A program made the translations under genes and the position numbers. From Lepidodermella squamata (Eukaryota > Animalia > Gastrotricha), in assembly GCA_047495785.1 (NCBI GenBank), contig JBLDXI010000007.1:744001-808000 (forward strand): a stretch of 64,000 nucleotides of DNA. Reading direction: 5' to 3'. Position 1 is the first letter of the stretch. Each line of letters starts with the position of its first letter. This document shows positions 1 to 13,266 of the stretch, in pieces. The notes beneath the pieces were generated by a model that had not been told where the DNA came from, did no database searches, and saw only the letters and a list, made by a program, of their open reading frames with translations.

Positions 1-3000
1 GATAGTCAGGGTTCATCGAAATCCAGTCAGGAGTGGCTATTCCATCCTTTGCGATTTCGTTGCGCTTCCGTCTTAACACAAATGCATACCATGTTAGAAG
101 GCCGGCAGATATCAGCAGCAGACCAGCAGATGTTCCTATTGCAACGGACATAACTTTTGGAATATCGGCATCCACGCCACTGAATTCGAAAATTTCCGAA
201 TAATTGCCCAGACCATTCAACGTTTCGACAGCTATATCAGCCTCGTACTTCGTGTGGTAGACTGGGATTGAGTGGGTAACAACAGATTTTTTCGGATCAT
301 CATCTATGCAAACTTCGTGCATTTCTTCGTTGGAACCAGCTGGTCGGTAACGGAAACTGAAGAATAGAATTCGTCCGTTGATCAGAGACGGCTTCTCAAT
401 CGTTAGCTGGCGATGGGCTCGCGCATTCTCTGTCAGGATATACTGACTCTCCTTGACGTACTCTTTCAGCATGACATCGGCGTGAGGGTGAGCTGCAGTT
501 CTCTCCGTAAAATAAATCGGCTCGGAACAAAGATATTCGTTAGTCTCGAAATCCGGGTCAAAACACGCGCGTATTTCGAATTTGTACTTCGTGAAATGGG
601 TCAGATTGGCGACTAGAATTGACGGATTGCAGACAATTTCGAGAGAACTCGACGGGTTTTTCGTCGAGTATGCGTTAACTCGATTTTGAACTGCTGAAAT
701 CGTCGCCTGGCATCGCTCAGCAGCTTCTTGCTTCTTCAATACCATGTAATCCGCCGCATCAGCTGATCGTCGCTTGCGTGTTCCACCTGTTTGTTGAGAG
801 CTGTAGGTGCCGTAGTTCGAGCCGAATTTAGTCAAATCGGTGAAATCGCCACCAAGCACGTCATGCACTGAAATCGCATTTCTGCGTTTCATATCCTCGT
901 ATTCATCGGCGTTGACATCCGGTGGTTGATCTTTGTTAGGCTGCTTTTGGAATAATGCCGCAATCATCATGTTGACATTTTGATTGTTTTCCGACTCGCC
1001 GCATCCTGAATTCGAATAGTCGGATGGGTCGATGAAATGTTGGACAGGCGCAGTCAACGGATTCGCATCCGCTGGCGAGTACATCAAGTTATTTCGCCGA
1101 TTGATAAATCGACTTCGATCGACACATCCGTGCCAATCCAGCGGAGATAGGGTAAAATTTGTTTCCCAGTACCTCACAACATAATGAGTGATGAAGCCAT
1201 TCGTATGTTTAGGGGGAGGCCAGCTGTAATCGCAAAACGATAACACAATAATATATCAATCTTCTTCAAATCCCTAAAGACTCACGTCACAGAAAGCGAA
1301 TTATACGTGCTATTTTTGCGAATCGTACGAGCGAAGTCCGGCACAGCGTAGTCCCATATAGAAGGAGCAGGAATCGTTTCGAATCTGTAGATATCCGAAA
1401 TAGCGATACGGCCGTCCATGTATTGTGCGAGTGCGTAAATCCCATAAGGAGAACTACAAAATAAATTGATTTTAAATTCTCATTATAAGCAAACTTTATG
1501 AGATTAAAAATTACTTGGGCTCCAGACCAGGCGAGGTAATATTGGTAACAAACAGCTTGATGCCTCTATCGACGATCCAATATTCGGGATTAGAAAAATT
1601 AACACTAACAACATGGCGATGCCACTGTGGAAGTCCAGTTTGTGTATCTAAGAAAATGCACTATTAAATAACGGACAATCGATTTTTCAAAATGAAAACG
1701 AACCATCACAAAATGCCGGATCGTAAAATCGCAGGTCCATGGACGGTGGAGCTCTTCGGTAATACAAGGACAGGGTTAGAAGTCGGTCTGTGTTAGATAG
1801 GTTGAAAGCAACGGTTACAGCGATCGACCATTTCGTATTTTCCAGATCTCTGAAATTGGCGTGAGACTGTTCGCGCCTCTGGCTCATTATTTTCACCGGC
1901 GTAATTGACATTGAGCTGCAATAGCCGCGATCTCCGTTTCCCTCAGTGTGAACGTAAACACTTGGATCAAGATCTTCAATGAACTCTTCAATAGCTTTTT
2001 GGCACAAGCGAGGATTGTGAGCGATTGAAATGTTGCCATTGACTATTCGTAGACCCTTCTTTGGGCGCCAAAGTCTTTGTAAAAATTCGTTGCTGTGAAT
2101 CGTAAGGCAGAAGCCTCCAGAAACACCGCATCCACCGCTGCCTATTTCTTCGAGAGATTCGAACATGTCAAGGCCCTGGATACGCTCCGATCGATAAACC
2201 TTTAGCGAGCCGGTGATATTTCGGAGAGATTTCAAGTTTTGCTCCAATACGACAGTCATACTGGGCTTCAACTCCTCCAAATTTATCACCAAATTACCAT
2301 CCAAGTCAGTTGTTCCTTGCAAGGGGAAGTCAGTCATATACATGATGGTTAAGTTTGCAACTTGAACGCGCCTGCAGTCAAGGCCCATTACACACTGGAC
2401 GCAACCAACTGGATTCGAAGGATCGTCATTTGTATTTTGAGGGCACATGGCGAGACATTTATCATCATGAATTTTGTAAGATTTTCCAGGTTCGCTCTCC
2501 AATTTGGTACAATATTGCTTGGAAACGCAGAAGCGATTCAGCAGTTCCAGTGTATCAGGTGGGCATTTGTCAACACAAATGCCTTTTTCTAAATATGTCC
2601 AGCCCTTACAAGCGACGCAGTGCTCAGCAGATGTTCCTCCAACACAACCACCTAAGCACTTTTCGTCACAGCATTCTTCGTGCCGATCGAAGCGACAAAA
2701 TCTTTTTTCGCCATTAACTGTAGGGCACAGACATTCGTATTGGCAAGTGGTGTCCGACCAACAATATTGCTTCTTGTCCGACCAAACAGGGCAATCAGAT
2801 GGACAAGATTCCCAACAATTCGGATTATTTATTACAAGTGGACATGCGGTGGAATAGTTGCCAATACTTTTCCAATTAACAGTATTGAAGTAGCACAAAT
2901 CTTCCGACAGTATCTAATAATGGAATATTGAACCAACAGAATTTTGAATAATTAGTTTGAATAATAACTTACCGTGTTAATCGGACCCTCCATGTAAGTA

Positions 3001-3482
3001 AGCTTTGTTAGATGAATTTTTTCCAACCTGAAAAATTCCCGATCAAGTTATGCTTGATTAAATAGTCCGTATTGTACTTACAAAACATTCCATGAGAGCT
3101 GAAGAAGCGAAGTTGGAGGCTGTTTAGGTAGCGCGTCGATATCGGAATCACTACGGCGCATTACACTCAAGTTGGGGAACAATTGGTCGAGAGACGAAAT
3201 CCGATCATTAGAGTACAAATTGAGGGTTCCTATCAGCTCCGTCAGATTTGACAGGGGTATGAAATTCGGGCCAATCTCCATCATTACAATAAAAATATTC
3301 CCGTGAATAATATTGCAAGCGCGGATGTCATCCAATCCCTCTGGACGACGAAAGTAGTATTGAGCATCTTTTCCAGCGACACAAAGAATCCGTTCGCGAT
3401 ATTTGGCATCCGTTAAATTGAACAGCAGGAGAGCCCATATAAAGTGTTTCATGAACCAGCGAAGCAGTTGCAACGGTGGCAT
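1..3482 (-). CDS. InR: Insulin/IGF receptor-like receptor tyrosine kinase (5' part; kinase domain lies beyond the left edge)
   Basis: Spliced model with GT-AG introns: signal peptide and L1 (3482-3079), short exon ~3027-2973, furin-like Cys-rich and L2 exon (~2913-1701), then FnIII exons. The last exon (~1223-1) has WPPPKHTNG, the RKRR cleavage site (778-767), LTHFTKYKFEIRAC, a TM helix (VAIGTSAGLLLISAGLLTWYAFVL) and the juxtamembrane NPDY motif at the window edge. Confidence 0.92.
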
Positions 3483-5556
3483 CTAGAAATGTCAAAAATG
3501 GACAATCACAATTTTGTAAGGAAAGCTGTCATGTGCCAAGTAATTTGCCAAGGCTTGAACGTGATGGGTGATCAATAAAAAGTTGAGCACGTACTGCTAT
3601 ACCTCATGATGGATTAAAACTTCAGATATTAAGCTAGTTGAAAGTTGAAGCCCTAACTCAAATTCCCCATGCTGCAATATCCCTCAACTGTAAGAAGAAG
3701 TTATAATACAATCAGCGTAAATATTGATAAAAAGAAGTTTTTTGAGTCTGTTCGTCTAACAGAAGGACTTGAAACTAACTCGCTTCAAGTTGAGATTGAA
3801 TCCAAGAGAATCGAGACAGCTAAGGAACCTAATCTTCGAACTTTTTGGGTGGTTTTTGACATTTTTCAGGTAACTGATTCGGGCCAAGGTCACGTGCCCC
3901 CGAGTGTTTATAAAAACATTGAAAAATAATTCATGTCAAAAATATAATGTTCTATAAAACAAGTGATTATGCAGGTTAGAAGTTTCATATGTGAACTCAA
4001 AATTTATGCAATTTTTCATTTGCTGCGCGGATGATGCGGTTTTTTGCATTTCGCAAGCGGAGCTCGGAGTTGTAAGGCCAAGTGTTGCGGCAAAACGCCG
4101 CTTGCCGTTTGCCACCCCGGTTGCCATTGGCAGTCAGCCGAAAGCCGTGTCATCTTAGCCTGCAATCCCCTTGTCTCATCCCTAAGCACGGTTCTCTATG
4201 AAGTGTTTTTTAATAAAAATCATGAATATGAGACCCGATGATATATCTGTTTATCTTGAAAGCTGGTAGTTGCGAGGATTAACTTGACTTGACTGATTTG
4301 ACCAGATGTATAAGATTCTAGTACCCAGTGTTTAGTTATTTTCTAAGGGAAGTTTCAAATCTGAAATATGGAGTGTTTGAAAGCGCCATTCGGCTCCATG
4401 TAGAGTTAAAACTTGGCCTAACGCTTAATTGGTCTGCTGACTGCTGACCATTTATTTGTTGTTTGTTTGGGGTCTCATGTTAGGCTAATAACCGATGCGC
4501 ATGCTCATTTATGAAATGATCCTTGCGTCTCTATTTTTCCTATTCTTTTGACTCTAGCGCTAAAGTTTTGAGTGTTCTACAATGCGCGCTACTTGACAAC
4601 GCCCCTTACAAAATTCATATTTCCCAGTTAGTGTTCCGTGTGGATCAGTGTGAAATGCCCACTTGGTATTTGGTGTAGTTGCAGCAGAATTTGGGTTCTA
4701 AGCCTGAGCTGCCTGAACTGCCTATACAGCGATGAAGATCTTGTCCGCCTGAGAGTGCTAGCTAGCAACACGGTCTTAATGACCTTACCTACCTCACGGC
4801 GAAACACTGAATTGGATGTAAAGCCGTCATCATCATCATTATACGACTTGTTAGAGTTGAAGCCCTTGAATACATTTTATTCTAATATTATTGACGTAAT
4901 TAGGAGTAATCAATATGCTAAGTATGAAAGAGAGTAACCAAGCAGCAGATTGGTGACCCAGTAATCGCGTTACATGTGTTGTCCCATTTTGCCATAATCT
5001 TATTTTCTTGATTATTGGTAGCTCTTATTTTGAGCAAATTCAGCTTTGAATTTTACGTGTGTTACTCTGGCATTCGAAGTTTAAGATTCTATTATTTTAT
5101 GTGCATAATAGCTACGTAATTCGCATACAGGCTGGCATTCGGCTTTGTAGTCTTATTAGTTCCGCTTAATGAGATAATTTGCAGTTAGGAAATCTCCTTT
5201 GGTGAAGCGACTTTTGATATGCCACTAATGATGATGTTTATCTTTAATCATGCATCGTATTAGGCTACAGTAATCGTTTCGTGTAAATGGGATGTACATA
5301 ATCTGACCGCTGAAACTTCGGCCAGAATTGAAGACCTTTATTAAGAATTGATAAAATGTTTACTCATTCAGTATTCTAAATTTCGGACATCGTTCGAGTG
5401 GCCGCAGTTGCACTCTCGAGCTTCCGGCTAGTGCACACTTGAGAGGCGCTTTTTCAGTTTTAATCACTACTGCGCCTGACTTGCATCCGGTGGTTCTTTT
5501 TAAGAGCGCTGTATGTATTATGAAATCGATACTTTTCTTGTATAGGGTATTTTATT

Positions 5557-6729
5557 ATGGGCGAGCAACCCATTTACACGACAAAGGCGCACATATTTCA
5601 AATCGACGCAACCAACAAAAAGCAATGGGTTCCACTTAGTTCATCCGCCGTATTTGTCCAGTTCGTTTACGACTCGCAGAAAAACATTGGTAGAGTCGTT
5701 AGCGCGGATAATGGCAAAGCGCTGTTAAATTCAACGCTGCATTCGAATGTCTCCTTCCTAAAGACTTCACAGAAGTTTGGTCAATGGGCTGATCCGAAAG
5801 CAGTTACTGTTTACGGCGTTGGCTTTGCGACTGAAACTGATTTGAATCGATTTGCAGAGAAATTTCGGGAGCTCCGTGAATTGGTCGTTAACAAAGCGAC
5901 TGGTTCGCATAATGGAAATGGCGATATCCTTTCTCTACGCTCGAATTCTACTACAAGTGCGCTGTCGTCTATTGGTAAGCTCGATCAGCAAACTGCTGGT
6001 AGTGGATGGAGGCTTTCAACAAGCGTGAGCATGGGCGCTGTTTCAAAACCGTCTGGTGTTCCAATTTCGCTATCGACGAGTCCTAGCGAAACGCAATTAG
6101 CTGGCAAAACTGCTTCAACCCTTCCCAATTCAAATTCTAGTTCTATTCAGCACATAGTACAACAACAATCGACTGATGGGGACAGGCAAAGCCCACAGGA
6201 ACGGACTCGTGCACTGTCGGCGTCTGTTGGCAATGGCACTCCAACGTCCATCTCGAACGTCAACCAACTCAACGGTAGTGGGAAACAACTCGAGCTAGAA
6301 TTAGGCGCGTTGAGAATTGAAAACAATCGTTTACTCGGTTCTTTGAAGGACGCAAATGACGGTACGGATGAGTGGAAACGTAAATCGCAGGAATATCGCG
6401 ACGAAGTTCACCGGCTTCGAAAGCGGATTACCGAACTCGAGTCTTCGGTGAACAAATCAACCGAGCGCGAATCGTCGGCCATCGATGACCTACAACGCCT
6501 TGTGCATACTTACAAAGCCAAGGTCGTGAAATTGGAGGACGAACAGCGTCAGCTCAACGACAGGTTACTCGTTGTGTCAAGTGAACGCGACGCAATTCAG
6601 CAAAAGTATGAAGAGCTGTTAGGTGCTAACGTGAATGCTAAACAGTTGTTGACCGACCTACACCACAGCGTTCTTGACAAAGCCGAAGAGCTGACGTCGC
6701 TAGCAAATAAACTGGCCAATATACTATAA
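5557..6729 (+). CDS. homer: Homer scaffold protein (EVH1 domain plus C-terminal coiled coil), intronless CDS
   Basis: MGEQPIYTTKAHIFQID...KTSQKFGQWAD...VYGVGF is the Homer EVH1 signature; Ser-rich linker; heptad-rich C-terminus. Confidence 0.95.
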   Translation: MGEQPIYTTKAHIFQIDATNKKQWVPLSSSAVFVQFVYDSQKNIGRVVSADNGKALLNSTLHSNVSFLKTSQKFGQWADPKAVTVYGVGFATETDLNRFAEKFRELRELVVNKATGSHNGNGDILSLRSNSTTSALSSIGKLDQQTAGSGWRLSTSVSMGAVSKPSGVPISLSTSPSETQLAGKTASTLPNSNSSSIQHIVQQQSTDGDRQSPQERTRALSASVGNGTPTSISNVNQLNGSGKQLELELGALRIENNRLLGSLKDANDGTDEWKRKSQEYRDEVHRLRKRITELESSVNKSTERESSAIDDLQRLVHTYKAKVVKLEDEQRQLNDRLLVVSSERDAIQQKYEELLGANVNAKQLLTDLHHSVLDKAEELTSLANKLANIL

Positions 6730-7529
6730 TTTTTCGCGTGTCAAGTTGTAAACAACTGCAACTATAATCATTTTATTGGCAATTAGATCATCATTTATTG
6801 ACTTTTATTTTTACTGATAAGTGATTTAGTTTTTGTGGTTTTAGTCGTACGATAAAAAATGTGTCAAATGTGCTATTATGATGAAAGTATGTACGACGAA
6901 CCCTGACATAATTGAGCTTCCCTACGCAGCTTTTTCTTCACGCTGCAATCCAATCGTTGTGCTGGTACTAGAACGATTACAGGAAACCATGCAACTTCAA
7001 TTCACGTGACCACCTTGAAAATCAACGTTGCCTTAGTTTTTCGCTTTATTGTCGTCAATTTTTACAATGAATCTCGTTTGTTCAACGGCTCATCTTGGAA
7101 GTTGAGAGAAAAAAGTTGCCTCCGATGAACGACTCAACATGTCTACCTTTAACATATCTATTGACTAGTTTTATACTTTGATATTACTCTCTCATGTGTC
7201 GTTGCTCTGTATAAAATGAAACCAATATGACAATGCCAGTTAATCTCATTTTTTGTTTTACAATTTTCTTGCAATCTCAAGACGTGTAATTTTCTTTTAT
7301 CGAATTTATTAACCGGTAGTTATCATGATGACATACATCCCTTCGTAATCATATTCCTCCTTCTCAATCTTTGTATTATCATCCTTTGGAATAAAAAATT
7401 ATTCTCCTCAATAATTACTATGCGATTCTGATATATTATTAATTATATGCATACATAAAAAATGAATAAAAGGTTTTTAATGATATTAATAACACATTTT
7501 TCGCTTCAATTTTAGAGCATTGAATTTTA

Positions 7530-10500
7530 ATGGCTCATTTTGAAACACCCAAAGTGGTGCATAGTGACGATGGCTGGGGGCCAGGTCCGCTGCCTGATGA
7601 GTATATCATGAGGCCTTACCAGAATTTCTCAAAAATGGAACGGCTTGGAAAGGTAGATAATTGATTTTTAAGGTGGAATTTTCTTGATTTTCCTTGATTC
7701 AGATTGCTGATTGGGCTGCTGCAACAACCGCGCCTGGTGGTGGCCAACAGGGCGGTGGTGGGCAAGGCGGGCAGTATGCTGATAAGCGCGGCCAAGGTAT
7801 TTGATTGTTTTATTATTATTGTTCTTCGCCACGCTTCTTAGTTTTATTAACGAAAGCAGCGATGCGCGCTACAGATTTGCGTTGTTGTTGTCGCTTTGTT
7901 TATTGACCGCGTCGCGTGTTTGCCTTTCCGCCTGTTGCCTATAGTATATATTTTAGTGGTGCGCGCCAGTTTGCCTCGCCAATTAATTGCCTGTGTGGCA
8001 TTTATAACCTTAATACAGTAGGACAATAAATGACGATTAATTAATCGATGATTTTTTGCCCAGGCCGGCAAGGGCAGGACAGGCAGAATCAACAAGACCG
8101 GCAGGGAGCAGCCGGGCCTGGATCGGGTGCCATGGCTGGTATTCAGCTGCGAGACGAAGACGATGCCGGTTACACGCTGGTCGACAACACGGCTCGCCTG
8201 CCGAAGCCGACTTTCATGCGCGGCATGCGAGGTGGCCGTTACATGAACAACAATGTAAAAAGAAAAGAAAGTCGAAATTGAGTAATTTAATTCAACTTTG
8301 TGTTCAGATGCGCGGCGGTCCTCGCGGTGGTCGTTTCCAGTCAAACCAATATCGGTAAATTATTAGCGTAACTGATACGGCTGTGTATAAATATTGATAA
8401 GCCAGCCGGTGCCTGGTAAAAAGTTTTCCCAGGAGTGACTAAATGAGTGAACATCGAATTTTACTGGTGTCCGTTATTCGTAATGGGACATGTCTGTGGC
8501 AACGGGTGTCTATTTACAGCACATTATAATTCAATTTCAAGGGCCTATGTTTGGCGAATATGACCCACGCCGCAAAATCAGAATGTAACCAAATATGGCG
8601 GAAATTGAATCTTCGCGATAACTTGGCTTCTTAAGCAGGATAGGAAAACCAGAACATTATATATTTTTCAATTTTCCTTTAAATTTTTTCGCTGCGTGGG
8701 AATGATCGCTTATTCTCATGCAGTCAGTCGCATTGAAAGTCTAATAAGCTTGTGATCGATGGTTAGGTACTGATAATTGAGCTAAATTTGAATAGTAGAG
8801 TACTCGGAAATACGAAGCCTGTGTAAATAATATTAATTTAAACATCAATTTAAAGGTAGAAAAACCAGGTTAATCCCAAAGCAGAAACCTATTGCTTTTG
8901 AACCTCGATATAATGGTGATTTTGTGTTAAATAGGCAACGTGGTCGCCGTGGTGTTGGTCCTGGCGGCAATTTCTACCCGGGCGGCGGTCGCGGTTGGGA
9001 CCGTCGTGCGCCAATGAAACACCGCGCCGCCTCAGTCGCCGTAAAAGCCGATTGGGCTGTGCTCGAAGACCTTGACTTCCCGCGGTTGGCCAAACTGTCA
9101 TACGCCGGCGTGTCGGAACCGACTGAGCTCTACGAAGCCGGCTACGTCGAGTACTACGACAAGACGTACGATCGCGTTAACTCGATGATCCCCGCAAAAC
9201 TCACCCGCACCGACCGCCAATTCCAAACCCTGCCAATCACGACTGAAGACCCGATTATTCGTAAATTGGCGAAAGAAAACGCCGGTAACGTGTTCGCGAC
9301 CGACAGTGTTATCGCCACGTTGATGTGCTCGCTTCGATCGGTCTACAGTTGGGATATTGTCGTCAACAGGTTTGGCAACAAGTTGTTCTTGGAACGACGC
9401 GAAGACTCCGACCTCGACACGCTGCTAACTGTGAATGAAACCGCGTTTGAAACACCGGTCGATGACGGGAATGACGCGAATATCAACTCGCCGCGCAACC
9501 TATCACTCGAAGCCATGTACATCAACCAGCAGTTCTCGCAGCAAGTGTTGGATAAAAAGCAAAAACTGGAATTCCGCGCGCCGAATCCGTTCATCAAGCC
9601 TGGCGAAAACCCGTCACAGTTCGCGCCCGCTGCGTACCGGTACCGGCGTTTCCAGCTCGGCGCTGGTGTTGACCTAATTGTTAGGTGTGAGCTCAATGCG
9701 GCCCTTCAGCCCACCGCCCTGGCCGGCGAGTCTGAACCCACCGGACCCCAACTGGCTCAAGTTTACGCGCTCAATGAAGTCGATCTCGGAGTGAGTTTTA
9801 ATCATTAAGGAGGATTTTTTTATTAGGCTATACTGCGTAGCTTTTTCTTATAGCTCGACTTTTCCAAATTTATCTGCAAAATTCCCTGTGGGCTATTAAA
9901 TTATTTTAGGGAAATTATTGTACTAGGTAATATTTGCGGATTTTTGCCAATAATTATATAGTGGAACCGCACAAATTGATTTAATGTTGGGTTTAATGAC
10001 TCGCTCGGGCTTTCTTTTTTTTCAAAACGGACAAAAATGTACTTTCGGGGGCTATTCAAAATGCTCAAATGAGGATTAAGTCCCCGCTATACCTATTTTC
10101 TACTATATGAATATATTCATGAGGTGGGGTTTTTAAGAGGGTTTTTAAGAGGGAACGTAATTCCTAGGGAAAAATGTAGGTTAAGATAATATGAGGGCAT
10201 TTCCTCAAACATTTTTCATCACCTGCTGCTCTTTATTTCATCTAAATATTACTCAAAACCTCATGAATATTAATATTTTCAAACCTATTAAAATTTTGCG
10301 GTCTGTGCGAGTGCAAAATCATTACACTAAAAACAGCGTGTGTGTGATATTTTTAGTTCCATCTCAGTTTATTGCTTCCTGCGCGCAATTTCTGAATTTC
10401 ATAGTACATCCAGCTTAACATTTTAATGACTTTAATTATCTATTTTTTTAATTTATTCAGCTTCAAGGCCATGTTGACTGGAAGTCTAAAATTGACACCC

Positions 10501-10991
10501 AGCGTGGTAGCATTCTAGCCACTGAAATCCACAACAACAGCTTTAAAATCGCCAGATGGGCCGTTCGCGCCATGCTAGCCGGTGCCAACTACGTCAAATT
10601 CGGCTACGTCACGCGCAAAGACCCGAACTCGAACCAGCAGCACATGCTGCTCGGCGTGCAGCAGTTCCGCCCCGGCGATCTGCTCGCCCAGATCAACTTG
10701 AATTTGGACAATTCTTGGGGCGTGCTGCGCGGTATCATCGACTTCTGCTTCAAGCAGAAGCCGGGCAAGTATTTGATCATGAAGGACCCGAACAAGCCGG
10801 TCGTCCGCATCTACGACTGCCCGAGCGACGCGTTCGAGAAGGAGGAAGACTCCGATGATGAAGACAGCGAGGACGAGAGCGACCTCGACGAGGTGGAGCC
10901 GGCTAAGCCGGTCGCGGCCGCCTCGGTCGTGATCGACGGGCAGGAAGTTGTTGGCGGCGTGCGGGTGCTCGACCCCGATGAAGATCCTTGA
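7530..10991 (+). CDS. eIF3d: Eukaryotic translation initiation factor 3 subunit D
   Basis: Six exons: 7530-7652, 7703-7796, 8064-8254, 8308-8354, 8935-9790, 10461-10991. Motifs GWGP...PYQNFSKMERLGKIADW, YYDKTYDRV, RSVYSWDIVV, LTVNETA, NSPRNLSLEA, GKYLIMKDPNKPVVRIY and an acidic tail. Confidence 0.97.
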
Positions 10992-13266
10992 AAACATTCC
11001 TAAAACTAGCAATAGAGTTGTGTATTTTCTCTTCATCATCATCAACTTCCAAAAATATTGTGACACGGCTCGGCTTCTTTCTTCTATTAAAAAGGTGAAA
11101 TATCACGGTGCGCGTATTACGTCTGGTGGTGTATGTACTTGAAAAGCTGCTTTGCATGAGAAATAAAGAAATAGCGTGCGGTTGGCGGAACAAGGTTGCC
11201 GATGGTGCGTTGTTGTTTTTTATTGGCGGTTATATGGCTCGTTCGAACAGGGTGTAATATCTTCGCCATCATGATGATGATGATGATTATACAAGACACG
11301 GCGTAGCACAGCGGCGTAGCGAAGTGTGTGCCGTAAAAGTGGCGAACAACAAGTAGAACCAGAACTACTCTACCAATTCTTCTCCTTCCTTTGCTTACCT
11401 GCAAACAACTTTATTGTGAATTGCGCGCCTAATGGCTCGGCGTATTTTTAAGGGCGCACATGTTTGATATAATGAAGGCAGATTGTAGCTGCTCGGGCGC
11501 CGCGCACTACCAGAATTTTCTCGGGCGAAACCGACCTCCGCCGGGAATAATAATCAGCATCTTCATTATTAAATTCAATTACAAAGTAACCGCTGTTCTG
11601 CGGAATAAAAGTGATATCGATGGCAAATGAAGTAATATAATAATGATATCAAAGTACAAGTTTTTTCGCGTGTGGAGCTTTTGAGTAAAAGCTTCGTAAT
11701 AATTGGAAATAAACACGCAGACAATTTTCACATCACGTTTCTGGGAGAAAAGCGGCAGACACTGTTGACATTTTGGCACCGACCGCAGCACATAATAGTT
11801 TATTATCCGAGTTATTATTTACGATTATAGCTTCCCGTCACTAAATTTATAGTAGGTTTGATTTTTTTCAGCGCTGTCATCCAAGCGCGCGCACTACGTA
11901 TCATTTTTTTACATGGCGCATGTGTGTGTGGCAGTGAAGCGAAAATATAGCCTCAAATGAAAATGTTATCATATTATTTTAAGAAAGCGATTTTTCATTA
12001 TTATCGAATCTCATTCGGAGAAAACGCAATAAAAGCCGACAGACATTTCGGCATATAGAAAATGTCAGTATTAAATCGCGTCCTAAATTTTGTTCTATAC
12101 AAGCCTTGTGGCTAGATCGATTTTTAGCGATTTTTTAAAACACATCAGCAACAAATGGGCAGACATTACGAAATTATCTGCTACCAGAAGAATAACATGC
12201 AAATCGAAGCGAACTTCACATTCAATTAAATTATTTTTTGCGCATCAGTCGGCTCCTGGTGACGAATTTAGCCAAGTTTACCCTAAATTAAGAGCTTGGA
12301 TATTAATTTTTGTCTCGACTAAATTTAATATCCGCTAAATAATTCGAAGGTAGCCTCATTTGGAGAATTTCAATGTGACTTACCCCAAATAAAATTGCTA
12401 CTTGCCTCTGAGCGACACAATTATTCATTCTTTCCTGCGGAGACGATTAATGAATAATGAAGATAGGCAATAGACCGCCTTAATTACCTGTATAAAGTTA
12501 CGCGTTTTTCCGATCAATTTACCGGCGCTTCGTCTTAGTAAATAAATATACTCGATCCGCCCATCACTGCGATAGTAGAAAAGAGAGGCGACTCAACCAC
12601 GCGCCCTCTCACCTTTGACAAATTTGCCGCCTAGCAATGATGACGAGCGAATAAGGAACGCGTTAATTTAATTTTATAGAAATAATGGAAAGCCATTAAA
12701 GCGGCCGTGGTATCATAGCCGAGCTTTCAACACCTTCTCATTTCCTTTGAATATAGCGCGTGTTTATTATCACTTTTTCATATCTTAATAATATTATAAA
12801 ATGTTAAAATAAAATCATAGACGCCCAAAGCAAAAACTGAACCACTTCATTACGGCGTAATTTTCTTACGCATACATTTTGCGGTGATTAATAGAGGTAC
12901 AACATATTCTTACGGATGGAAGCGGTCTTACAGGATATGTACCTTATTACGAGAAAAAATGGTTTCATTTTTCAAAGAGCGATTTGTTTACGCTATTAGG
13001 CGTGAACAACTCGACCTATACATTATATCATTAACCTACCGCGTTTCATTAGTAGCAAAAAAGAACAACGAGAGAGCTATATACCTCCTACCTATTGCCC
13101 AATTTTTCAGCAGTTTTTTAACCACTTTTTGTGCCAATTGTTTATTATTTAGAGCTGCGATTTATTCAACCACATGGCCTTGAGCTATATTATACCTTTC
13201 GTAATTTCTGTTTAGAAATGTTAGAAATAAATCAATAGTTCAAAATAGTCTCAACAATTTTCTAAA

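Noticed and set aside
8495-8570. HDV-like ribozyme (GGCAAC...GGCGAAT)
   Set aside because: No matching P2 partner or L3 TCC/CG motif found.
9343-11404. Minus-strand ORFs 9343-9696, 10575-11066 and 11117-11404
   Set aside because: Antisense shadows of GC3-rich eIF3d exons or low-complexity UTR; no recognisable motifs.
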